From a virus, in IMG/VR virus record IMGVR_UViG_3300005529_000066, positions 1 to 40,123 of that record: a stretch of 40,123 nt of DNA. One strand, written 5' to 3'. Below, one piece after another: positions 25,701-33,575 of the stretch (position 1 is its first letter; each line of letters begins with the position of its first letter). The position numbers were made by a program, and so were the translations under genes. Below the pieces are notes generated by a model. It did not search any database. It saw only the letters and a program-made list of their open reading frames with translations, and was not told the origin of the DNA.

Positions 25701-26708
25701 TCAGATCGGCAGGAAGTTGAGCCCGTCAATCTTCTGGTGCGCCTTGCACTTGACGTTGACGAGCTGGATGAGAGTGACGACGGCGCCGAGGTAGCCAAGC
25801 TGGCCGTTGACCAGCGTGGATTCGAAGCCGGTGAACGAAAACGCGGCCTTCTCGCCGATGTAGGCCGAGAGGTAATTCGTGTTGATGAGGTAGAGCGTAC
25901 CCTCGGGGCAGTACGGGTCCGGGTAGAACGGCACGCCGGCCACGTCGAGCGCTTCGAACAGCGCTTCCACCTTCGTGTCGCCGAACGATTGGGTCGGCGT
26001 GACGACGTAGCGCTCGCTCGACGTGAAGTCCTGCGCGAGGTTCGCCCAGGTGCCAAAGCCCATCAGACCTATCACCGGCTTTTCGCCCGTGACCTTGGTG
26101 CACTGCGCGATGTACTGCAGCATCAGGTTGCGGGTCGGCGCGACCGTGCCGCCGTTGTGGACGTAGGTCGACTTCCAGAACGTGTTCGACGAGCGCGTGA
26201 TGCCGCCGTAGGTCGCCGCGAACGTGCCGTCGTCGATCGCGGCCGGCAGGCCCACCATCGACTGCGTGTTGGAGATGTTGTTGTAGATGTCGGTCGCGAA
26301 ACGATCGAGCGTGACGTTGGTCACGTCGTTCATGCGCGCCTCGATCAGCGGCACCACCGAGTAGTCCAGCTGCACCATGCCCTCGAGGCCGAGGAACGGG
26401 ATCGCCGAGAGATAGCCCGCCAGGTTGAACTCGGCGTTCTGCAGTCCCGGAATGGTGCCCGGCTGGTTGAACGATCCGTCGTAGCCGATGTTCTGGATCG
26501 TCACCATCGGGTTGCCCTGCAGGGGCACCGTGATCGGCGAGAGGCCACCGCTCGCGACCTGCGCGTGAGCGAGGATCGCCGCCATGAAGGGCGTCGACTT
26601 CCACAGCTGCACGTACACCTTCGGCAGGAAGGCGCGACGAGTGACGGCGGCAAGCTCGGATGCGATCGAGCTCTGGGCCGGAACGATTCCACTGCCAAAC
26701 TGCGGCAT
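25701..26708 (-). CDS. Major capsid protein, 335 aa
   Basis: RBS AAGGAGA. Follows the scaffold-like gene. Size and composition are typical of HK97-fold MCPs. Its antisense ORFs in the track are Arg-rich shadows. Confidence 0.75.
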   Translation of the reverse strand: MPQFGSGIVPAQSSIASELAAVTRRAFLPKVYVQLWKSTPFMAAILAHAQVASGGLSPITVPLQGNPMVTIQNIGYDGSFNQPGTIPGLQNAEFNLAGYLSAIPFLGLEGMVQLDYSVVPLIEARMNDVTNVTLDRFATDIYNNISNTQSMVGLPAAIDDGTFAATYGGITRSSNTFWKSTYVHNGGTVAPTRNLMLQYIAQCTKVTGEKPVIGLMGFGTWANLAQDFTSSERYVVTPTQSFGDTKVEALFEALDVAGVPFYPDPYCPEGTLYLINTNYLSAYIGEKAAFSFTGFESTLVNGQLGYLGAVVTLIQLVNVKCKAHQKIDGLNFLPI

Positions 26709-26720
26709 AGCTCAGTCTCC

Positions 26721-27218
26721 TTACGCCGCGCGCTTCCCGCGCCGGATCTCGGTGATGACGTTGAAAGCTTCGTTGCGCGCGGCACCTGCCGGGTCCTCGA
26801 TGAGGTTCGGCAGCGTCGGGAAAGTCCATGTCGCGGTCGGACCGTCGGCGGGCGGTGAGGGCGGCTTGCGCGCCTGCCACAGATCGCGGGCGGCCTCATA
26901 GTCCGTGAGGCCGTAGGTCGTCATCACGGTCTCGACTTCCTTCAGCTCTGCCTCGCTGAGGCCCAGGCTCGCGCGCTGCTCCTCGAGCTTGCGCAGCGTC
27001 GCCTGCTTCTGCTCCTCGAGCTTGCGCTCCTCGTCCTTCGCCTTCATCTCCTCACGCAGATCGTCGATGTCCTGGCTCGGGAAGCGGCGCGACGGGTCGA
27101 CCTTCTTCACCGCCTTCAGGAAGGTCGATCGCGTATCGGCATTGGCCGCGAGCTTCATCGCGAGCTCGGCCAGATCATCGCGCACGTCCGGCGCCATGTT
27201 GTCGATCATGCGCGGCAT
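26721..27218 (-). CDS. Scaffolding protein candidate, 165 aa
   Basis: Highly charged coiled-coil centre (DDLREEMKAKDEERKLEEQKQATLRKLEEQRASL). Lies directly upstream of the MCP. Confidence 0.6.
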   Translation of the reverse strand: MPRMIDNMAPDVRDDLAELAMKLAANADTRSTFLKAVKKVDPSRRFPSQDIDDLREEMKAKDEERKLEEQKQATLRKLEEQRASLGLSEAELKEVETVMTTYGLTDYEAARDLWQARKPPSPPADGPTATWTFPTLPNLIEDPAGAARNEAFNVITEIRRGKRAA

Positions 27219-27427
27219 CAGAGCGGCTCCCCTTTGCGTGCGAAGTAGCTGGCCGTTCCGACCACTCCCGCGCGCGTGTAGCCGCGGCGGCTTCCTGGGC
27301 TGCGGTCGAGCTGCAGGCCGTTCAGGCCGGGATTGCTGGGCGGGTTCGCGTAATGCGACGCCCGCTTGGATTCCTTGGTGCCCTTGCCGCCGATGCGGCC
27401 GGCGCGGATTTTCGGACAGCCGAGCAT
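27218..27427 (-). CDS. Small basic disordered protein, 69 aa
   Basis: TGATG overlaps at both ends. K/R/G-rich. Confidence 0.5.
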   Translation of the reverse strand: MLGCPKIRAGRIGGKGTKESKRASHYANPPSNPGLNGLQLDRSPGSRRGYTRAGVVGTASYFARKGEPL

Positions 27428-27630
27428 CAGATTGGCTTGCCCTTCTGCGCGGTCGGGGACTTCTCCAGCGCCATCGACGGGTTCTGCGTCGCGCGCATCT
27501 TCGCTGAGGAGGAGAAGCCGCCGAACTGCGGGTAGCTCGGGATGTTCTTGAAGGCGCCGTTCACGTCCTTGCGCTCGCCGATCGAGCCGGCCTTGACCTT
27601 CGGGCGGAACATGTTGCCGTTCGTCGCCAT
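27427..27630 (-). CDS. Small basic protein, 67 aa
   Basis: RBS AAGGAG upstream of ATG 27630. Confidence 0.5.
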   Translation of the reverse strand: MATNGNMFRPKVKAGSIGERKDVNGAFKNIPSYPQFGGFSSSAKMRATQNPSMALEKSPTAQKGKPI

Positions 27631-27639
27631 GATGGCTCC

Positions 27640-28059
27640 TTACGCTGCTGCCAGTGCTGAGGGATCGGGGGGCGGACCGCCTGCGGCGACCACGCCGGGC
27701 GGCGGCGCGGACGCCATCGGGCCGCCGGTGTTGGCCGAGTGGGCGAGCTGCTGAACAGCGGCTGGAACGAGCGATTGGCGCGTCTCCTGCCCGAACTCCG
27801 CGGTCAGCGAGGAGAGCGCGCGCATCACGCCCTTGTATTGCTTCGAACCAATCTCGTAGGCGCTGAGCGCCTTGTGCAGCGCGGGGATGACAGCCTTCAC
27901 CAGCGCGTCGGCCGCGGCCTTGTTGCCGGCACCGTCACCGGGCGACATCGCGGGGCTTGATCCGGGACCGCTCGGCCCGCCCGCCATGTTGCCGGGCAAC
28001 GCTGGCTTGGGAGGCATAGCCCCCCCTAGGGTAATCGGCGCTGAAGGCGGCAGCGGCAT
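27640..28059 (-). CDS. Pro/Gly-rich protein with helical core, 139 aa
   Basis: ATG 28059 was chosen because the track start at 28098 lies inside the promoter -10 region. First gene downstream of promoter copy 2. Confidence 0.55.
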   Translation of the reverse strand: MPLPPSAPITLGGAMPPKPALPGNMAGGPSGPGSSPAMSPGDGAGNKAAADALVKAVIPALHKALSAYEIGSKQYKGVMRALSSLTAEFGQETRQSLVPAAVQQLAHSANTGGPMASAPPPGVVAAGGPPPDPSALAAA

Positions 28060-28081
28060 TGCGTGGTCCTGATAACTCAGG

Positions 28082-28129
28082 GCCGAATTGATATTCACCT
28101 TTAAGAATGAAGGTCAATGCACTGATCAG
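28082..28129 (-). promoter_or_regulatory. Late promoter module, copy 2
   Basis: The minus strand reads CTGATCAGTGCATTGACC-N18-TATCAA-TTCGGC. The -35 is at 28112-28117 and the -10 at 28088-28093. It sits immediately after the terminator. Confidence 0.6.
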
Positions 28130-28160
28130 AAAATGAAAACCCCCGCCGGGACGACGGGGG
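28130..28160 (-). terminator. Intrinsic terminator
   Basis: Minus strand CCCCCG-UCGUCCCGG-CGGGGG (6-bp GC stem, 9-nt loop), followed by UUUUCAUUUU. Confidence 0.75.
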
Positions 28161-28245
28161 AGGGCGACCGTGAACGGGGGTTTCCTACACACTCCACCCG
28201 GCCGACGACGCAAGCAGGGCAGAGAAAGCTTTGTCGGTCAGCGCC

Positions 28246-28290
28246 TTAGCGCTTGTGCCGACGCTTGCCGCGACGATGACGACGCGCCAT
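28246..28290 (-). CDS. 14-codon Arg/His/Lys-rich micro-ORF (MARRHRRGKRRHKR)
   Basis: AAAGGAGGG RBS lies 5 nt upstream of ATG 28290; TAA at 28246-28248. It sits between its own promoter and terminator. The ~200-nt transcript could instead act as an sRNA. Confidence 0.4.
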   Translation of the reverse strand: MARRHRRGKRRHKR

Positions 28291-28339
28291 GATGCCCTCC
28301 TTTGGTTGCCCGTCTTTGCGGGTGGGATGGACTTCGCAC

Positions 28340-28387
28340 TCCGATGATAAATCGGTTGAGCGATCAATTACAATGCACTGATCACTA
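28340..28387 (-). promoter_or_regulatory. Late promoter module, copy 3
   Basis: The minus strand reads GTGATCAGTGCATTGTAA-N18-TATCAT. The -35 is at 28368-28373 and the -10 at 28344-28349. It overlaps the portal stop codon. Confidence 0.5.
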
Positions 28388-30094
28388 AGCCGCTTTCTCC
28401 TTCTTGCCGCGCTGCTCCGGCACCTGACCGGCAGCGCGCGCCGCCTGCAGCGCCTTCATCCGCGCGCGAAGCGCGTGGATCATGTTGTCGGCGTTCGGCG
28501 GGTTCATCATGCGGATGAACATCTCCTGATCGATCGCCTGTGCCTTCAAGAGCGCGCCGGCCAGTTCCTTCGACTCGTCGGCAAACAGCGGCGAGTGCGA
28601 GTGGCCGGCAATCCGCATCTTCCAGCCGTCCGGCAGCTGCGCGAGCAAGAACTCCTGCCCCATGTCGGACTTCAGCTTCGTGTCGTCGTTCTTCGCCTTC
28701 AGCTTCATCCCGATGTCGCCGAGCTTCACCAGCGACTGCTCTAGCCCGACGCCGACTTTGCGGATGCGCGACGATCCGGTGGTCGCTAGTTGCTTCGCGT
28801 GTCCGCGCCCGCGCACCCCGGATTCGCCCTTGCCGGTGACAGTTTCCGTCAGGCCCGACGCCTCGAGGAAAATCTGGCCGATCTGATTGAACTCGGCGAA
28901 CAGGTCTTCCGGCATCTTCGGCGCTAGCGTGTCCACCTTCGCCTGCGTGTTCATTGGTTCGATCACCCACGAGCCCGGACCGCCGAGCGCCGACGCCTTC
29001 TCGTCGGCGAGACCCATGAAGCCCGCGAACACCTTCGCGGGGTCAACCTGCCGCTCCAGAATGTCGGCGATCTGGTCAAGCCGCTCGTTCGACCAGCGCT
29101 GCAGCGGTATCAGCCGCTCGATGTGCGCCTCGCCCCAGAAATATTCCGGCAGCGGGTACGGCGTGATCGGAACGAACGGATGCTCATCGGGGAGGAACAG
29201 GTTGGAGTGTGACCCCCATTTCCCGGCGATTTTGTCCGGAACGTCCTTCGCCATCTTATCGACCGTCTCGCGCGAGTCCGCGATCACAATCCCCGGCTCG
29301 ACCATCACAAACGTCGCGTAGTCCTCCGCGATGTCGTCCCATATCCACACCTCGGTGAACTCCGCGCCGGGCGCATCGCTCATCGGCTCGTAGGTGGGCT
29401 TGGGCTCGTAGTCGAGCGGCACCGACCCCACGACCGGGCCGGACAGGTTCGCGCCGCCGGTCTGCGAAATCTCCATCATATGCGCCAGCACCGGCGGGTA
29501 GTCGCTGGTCTTTGGCCCATGCACGAGACTGAGCTTCGGCAGCAAGTCCTTCTGGCCGGCGCGCACCAGGCGCAACACCGTGTTGTCCCAGTCGAGCGTA
29601 TAGCGATGGGCGAACGCCTCTTGGCTGTCGATGTCGGGCTCCGACTCGTCGAACACGCCGAACGACGACGGCAACACCGTGCGGCCGAAAAGCTCATCGC
29701 GCTCGCTGTTCCATCCGAGCTTGAGGAACATCGTATCGTAGACGAGCGACCAAGGTAGGGCGTTGCCGTAGGCGGTGCCAAGACCGCTGTCGCGGAACGT
29801 GTCGTTCCATTCCTCCTCGGCGGCGAGCGTCTGCTTGATCACCGCCTCGTCCGAGTTGCGCGGTGCCGAGATCGAGTACCGCGCGTGATCCTCGGCAAAC
29901 AGGAACGACGCAACGAGATCGGTGTGCGCGTACAGTCGATTGTAGCGAACCGTCTCTTGGCCGTAGGTGCCGTAGAGAAAGTAGCGCTTGCGCCGGTCGT
30001 AGATTTTCTTGCGGTCCTCATTGGACTGCATGCAAACGTCGGCGACCCACTTCACCTTTTCGTCGCGCTTCTTCGGATCACGGGGGATGATCAT
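28385..30094 (-). CDS. Portal protein, 569 aa
   Basis: Size and position: downstream of terL and upstream of scaffold/MCP. ATGA overlap with the upstream gene. No named motif verified. Confidence 0.7.
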   Translation of the reverse strand: MIIPRDPKKRDEKVKWVADVCMQSNEDRKKIYDRRKRYFLYGTYGQETVRYNRLYAHTDLVASFLFAEDHARYSISAPRNSDEAVIKQTLAAEEEWNDTFRDSGLGTAYGNALPWSLVYDTMFLKLGWNSERDELFGRTVLPSSFGVFDESEPDIDSQEAFAHRYTLDWDNTVLRLVRAGQKDLLPKLSLVHGPKTSDYPPVLAHMMEISQTGGANLSGPVVGSVPLDYEPKPTYEPMSDAPGAEFTEVWIWDDIAEDYATFVMVEPGIVIADSRETVDKMAKDVPDKIAGKWGSHSNLFLPDEHPFVPITPYPLPEYFWGEAHIERLIPLQRWSNERLDQIADILERQVDPAKVFAGFMGLADEKASALGGPGSWVIEPMNTQAKVDTLAPKMPEDLFAEFNQIGQIFLEASGLTETVTGKGESGVRGRGHAKQLATTGSSRIRKVGVGLEQSLVKLGDIGMKLKAKNDDTKLKSDMGQEFLLAQLPDGWKMRIAGHSHSPLFADESKELAGALLKAQAIDQEMFIRMMNPPNADNMIHALRARMKALQAARAAGQVPEQRGKKEKAA

Positions 30095-30594
30095 GACGTT
30101 CCCTTATGTCGCGCAACTACTTGCGCTTTCGGCCCGCCGAGCGGGGCCATCACGGTACGATCCCCCTGCCGCACCGGCACCGCAGCCGATGGGGTGAACT
30201 TCTGCGTCTGATTTGGCGCCACGTTCGCGGTAACGCGCTGGCTCATCCCGTTCGGCTCGCACGACGCCACCGGAGAACCATTCGACGCAATGCCCACCTT
30301 GCCCCTGAATGATCCGATCTGGCGCTCCTCGAATTTCGCGGCGCGCGGACCTTCGTAGCGATGCGGCGCGGCGCGCTCCCCGTGCCGCGGCTCGTTCATG
30401 TTCGTCAGGCCGGCGCGGTCGGTGAGCGTTCGGATTGTCGCGTCGTATCCAGGCGCCTTCTTCATGATCGCAAATCCCTTCGGGACCCACTTCACGCGCA
30501 AGCCCTTGCAGCGCGGGCACGACGGATGGTTCGCCTCGCTGTCGAACTCGTTCCGACAGTTGCGGTTGAGACAGGCGTATGTGCGCGTCACCAT
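30091..30594 (-). CDS. Zinc-ribbon protein, 167 aa
   Basis: ATG 30594 overlaps the upstream stop (TGATG). N-terminus CLNRNC...CPRC. Confidence 0.55.
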   Translation of the reverse strand: MVTRTYACLNRNCRNEFDSEANHPSCPRCKGLRVKWVPKGFAIMKKAPGYDATIRTLTDRAGLTNMNEPRHGERAAPHRYEGPRAAKFEERQIGSFRGKVGIASNGSPVASCEPNGMSQRVTANVAPNQTQKFTPSAAVPVRQGDRTVMAPLGGPKAQVVARHKGTS

Positions 30595-30890
30595 CAGATC
30601 ACCCTCGTTGCTGCGCCTTCCACATTCCACGTCTGCCCGTGCCGCACGAACTTCAGCTTGCCGTTGCGGATCGCCATGATCGCATCGGATAGCGGCACGA
30701 TCCGGCGCTTGGGTATGCGTCCGTAGAAGATATAGCGGTGAAGACATTCGCGCCGGATGCCCAGATAGTCGGACAGCCCCTTGATCGGCACCCGACCGCG
30801 GCCGGTGTTGTCGATGTCGTGCGGGTCGTAGCGGTAGCGTTTGAGTTCGCGCACGATCTCAGCTTCCGGGAGAGCAATTGCCCCTGTCAT
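30594..30890 (-). CDS. Hypothetical protein with HTH-like segment, 98 aa
   Basis: ATG 30890 in ATGA overlap with the terL stop. IKGLSDYLGIRRECLHRYI segment. Confidence 0.55.
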   Translation of the reverse strand: MTGAIALPEAEIVRELKRYRYDPHDIDNTGRGRVPIKGLSDYLGIRRECLHRYIFYGRIPKRRIVPLSDAIMAIRNGKLKFVRHGQTWNVEGAATRVI

Positions 30891-32770
30891 TGCATCGGCA
30901 CCCCAATTTTCACGGTCTTCAGGTAGTTGATCGCCATGTCCTCGAGCTGCTTCTGCGTCTTGTTCATTTGCCGCTCGCCATCCCGCATCGCTTTCGCAAG
31001 CGTAAGGCCCTGCATCATCAGCTTGGGCTGAACCCAGCGCTTCCATGCCTCATGCGCGAGCGCGGCGCCGATCACGCGATCGTCGTGCCCCCTGCCCTGC
31101 GCGTGGATCTGGCCCTCCTCGGTGACGATCGACTTCATTTCCTCGAGGCAGTAGAGGGATCGTATCTTGATCAGCTGTAGGTCAAACGAGTCCTTGAAGC
31201 GGTTCATCAAGGGCGCCTTGGTCGAGGCGTTGGTCTGCCAGTGAAAGAAGCCCTGCCCCGACGACATCGAGTCCGGCCGACGATAGATGAAATATCTGAT
31301 CTGCTGCAGGCACGAGCGCACGCTCGCGCCGCCCTGGTGCTCCTCGCCGTCCGGCACGGTCAGCATCTGCTGCGCCTTCATGCGCAACTCGTCGAGCTCG
31401 CCCAGCACTGCCTTGCCCGGACCGTTCGTCTCGAGGTTCACCATCACGTTGCGATAGAGGCCGGAAAGATGCGCCAGCACCCAGGCGCAGTGGTAGGTCG
31501 ACGCGATCGACGAACAGAACTCGGCCACCTGATACTGGCAATCCGCAAAGCAGCGGAACACGCTGATCACGTTGCGGTCGGCCTCGTCGCTCGATCCATA
31601 TGACGGGTCACAGCCGATCGTGTAATGACCCTCGGGATCAGGAAATTCCCACACCTTCAGGTCGGCGCGCTTCGCGTCCTTGAGCGCCACGCACTCGGTC
31701 TCGTTCCACTGGCGCGTCAGGATGTAACGGAACGGCCGGAACGCCGAACCGCGAGCAATCCGCATCGCGTCGGTCAGGCTCTCGTTGGTGAAGAATTTCG
31801 AGCCCGTCGCCACGAATGCGTCTTCCGGCATCCATGGGAACATCTCGTCCATCTTCATTTGGTCGCCGTCGCACTCCTCATCGAGCTTCCAGCGATACCA
31901 GGCTATCTGCTCGGGGGTGATCGTGAAGCCGTAGGTTTCCTTCACCATCCGCGCGCGTTTGCGTTCGAGCGGCGTCAGCGTCGTGTCGCGTCCGTCCGGC
32001 ATGTAGATCGGGAAATACGGGTGCGTCTGCGCGTAGGCGTAGTGATCGTGGCGCCACCAGCCCACGAAAATAGCCCGCTGCGTCGGACTGTCGACCGCCT
32101 TCTCCCACATCTCCTGGAAGTGGTTGAAGCCGTTAGCCGTCGTCTCATAGACCTGCAGCCGGTGCGGGTAGTGCGTCGACAGCGTCGCCCGCAATTCCTT
32201 GAGGTCTTCCTCGTCGCCCCAGAACGCTACCTCGGTTGCGTGCAGGAAGTTGCTCGCGCCCGACCGGCCGAGCCCGGCCTTCGTCTTCTTCTTCACCCCG
32301 GCCACGAGATAGCGGAATAGCGAACTGTTCTTGAGGATCAGCATCGAGCGGTTGTGCTTCTCGTAGCCGATCCGAAACCCCTTCGGCAGGTTCGCGAACA
32401 GCACCTCGATGATGTTGCGGAACTGCTCGCGCGACTGCTCGTCGTGCGTCGCGAACGAACCCGCAAGCCCGCGGTGCTCCATCGCCCAGAAGATGTCCAG
32501 CACCACAAAGAACGTCGAAATCCCCAGCTGCCGCGCCTTCAGGATCACAAACGTCGTGCACCCCTCGGCCAGCCCTTTGCAGATCTCGTTGAGGATGTAG
32601 ATCTGCGTCCCCAGCATCTCGAGCGGCATCAGCCCGAAGTCCTTGGTGAGGATCTTCACCTTCGAACAGAACTTCAGAAACCGCTCGCGCGGGAACGGTG
32701 CAACCCCCATCGCCGGAGCCGGCTCGATCATCTCCCCCTCAAGCGGAAGGTCCGGCGCGATCTCCTCCAT
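30887..32770 (-). CDS. terL: Terminase large subunit, ~627 aa
   Basis: Walker-A-like ILKARQLGIST, Walker-B/catalytic LHATEVAFW, coupling motif YETTANG. ATG 32770 was chosen because the 56-codon upstream extension in the track (to 32938) has poor GC3 and a Gly-rich nonsense-like sequence. Confidence 0.9.
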   Translation of the reverse strand: MEEIAPDLPLEGEMIEPAPAMGVAPFPRERFLKFCSKVKILTKDFGLMPLEMLGTQIYILNEICKGLAEGCTTFVILKARQLGISTFFVVLDIFWAMEHRGLAGSFATHDEQSREQFRNIIEVLFANLPKGFRIGYEKHNRSMLILKNSSLFRYLVAGVKKKTKAGLGRSGASNFLHATEVAFWGDEEDLKELRATLSTHYPHRLQVYETTANGFNHFQEMWEKAVDSPTQRAIFVGWWRHDHYAYAQTHPYFPIYMPDGRDTTLTPLERKRARMVKETYGFTITPEQIAWYRWKLDEECDGDQMKMDEMFPWMPEDAFVATGSKFFTNESLTDAMRIARGSAFRPFRYILTRQWNETECVALKDAKRADLKVWEFPDPEGHYTIGCDPSYGSSDEADRNVISVFRCFADCQYQVAEFCSSIASTYHCAWVLAHLSGLYRNVMVNLETNGPGKAVLGELDELRMKAQQMLTVPDGEEHQGGASVRSCLQQIRYFIYRRPDSMSSGQGFFHWQTNASTKAPLMNRFKDSFDLQLIKIRSLYCLEEMKSIVTEEGQIHAQGRGHDDRVIGAALAHEAWKRWVQPKLMMQGLTLAKAMRDGERQMNKTQKQLEDMAINYLKTVKIGVPMQ

Positions 32771-33473
32771 CACACCACCCCCAGGAATCCGTACCCAGGC
32801 CGCGGCGCGTGACACTCCGGACAGAACCACCGCCCGCCGAGCGCCCACCTCTGGAAATGCCACCCGCGACGCACCGGCAGCCCAGCCCGAAACCGCGCCG
32901 ATACCGCCCCGAAAACACGATCCAACAAAGTCGGGCAAAATCGCGCCGAACAGCGCGCACAGCGGACTTGTGTGCCAACCTCAAACACAGACCAAGCCCC
33001 TGACAGACATCATATTTTTTTCTGGGGTGGGGGCCGTGGGGGGCGCCTTTCTCACTGCCTTGAGGACCCATCGGCTGAGCGCGCCCGCGCGCGCCGTGGG
33101 GCCAATCGGGGACCATTGTGGAAAAACCGTATTAATGTCAGAGGGTTGCCTGTGTCTACTAACACCTTGGTTCATCGTGCGGCGGCGCAGCAAATACGCT
33201 TGCGCCTGGCTATCCGATCGCAAAGCCATTGAAATCATTGGGTTTCCGGTTAAGAGCCTGTTAACCGCCCATGAGCAGGAGATCCGATGGGGGCTTAGTC
33301 GGCCGGTCAGGGGCTGGTCCGCCCCGCTTCTGACACCCGCGTTGTTGGCCTGCTCGGTTGGCTGCCTTGTGCTTGTCGTCCGCTCTATGGCGGACTGGAT
33401 TGAGCGGCCAGAGGTGCGCGGGGAACGGCTTGTGAGGGAGCCGCGCGCGAGGAGGCGGTGCTGATTGTGCGAT

Positions 33474-33536
33474 GTCAATGCACTGATCCATGATGCTGTT
33501 ATCATTGGCGTATCGACGATTTTCCGATCAGTGCAT
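33474..33536. repeat. Inverted pair of the promoter-box sequence (ATGCACTGATC ... GATCAGTGCAT), 37-nt spacer
   Basis: 33478-33488 and 33526-33536 are exact reverse complements. The left copy continues as TTGACA on the minus strand, but no -10 follows it. Confidence 0.85.
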
Positions 33537-33541
33537 GTAAC

Positions 33542-33550
33542 ATTATAACA
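33542..33550 (-). promoter_or_regulatory. Extended -10 promoter element (TGTTATAAT) facing the late region
   Basis: The minus strand reads TGtTATAAT, a perfect -10 with the TGn extension, just upstream of the inverted pair. No convincing -35. Confidence 0.4.
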
Positions 33551-33575
33551 TACCATTCATTCGTACACGAACGAT

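Noticed and set aside
32771-32938. 56-codon N-terminal extension of the terL ORF (TTG start at 32938).
   Set aside because: The extension has clearly lower GC3 than the rest of terL and reads as Gly/Ala/Arg-rich filler. ATG 32770 begins the normal-looking sequence MEEIAPDLPLEG….
33024-33044. G-runs (GGGG-T-GGGGG-CCGT-GGGGGG) that might form a G-quadruplex.
   Set aside because: There are only three G-tracts, with no fourth tract within reach. It is noted as part of the compositional switch in the terL-upstream gap.
33136-33464. + strand ORF (109 aa from ATG 33136, part of track ORF 32643..33464) with one hydrophobic segment.
   Set aside because: It has no RBS, mediocre GC3 (~70%) with many rare codons (CTA, TTA, ACA, AGT, AGG) and an Arg-rich tail. 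It could be a decayed gene, but it cannot be supported as a live CDS.
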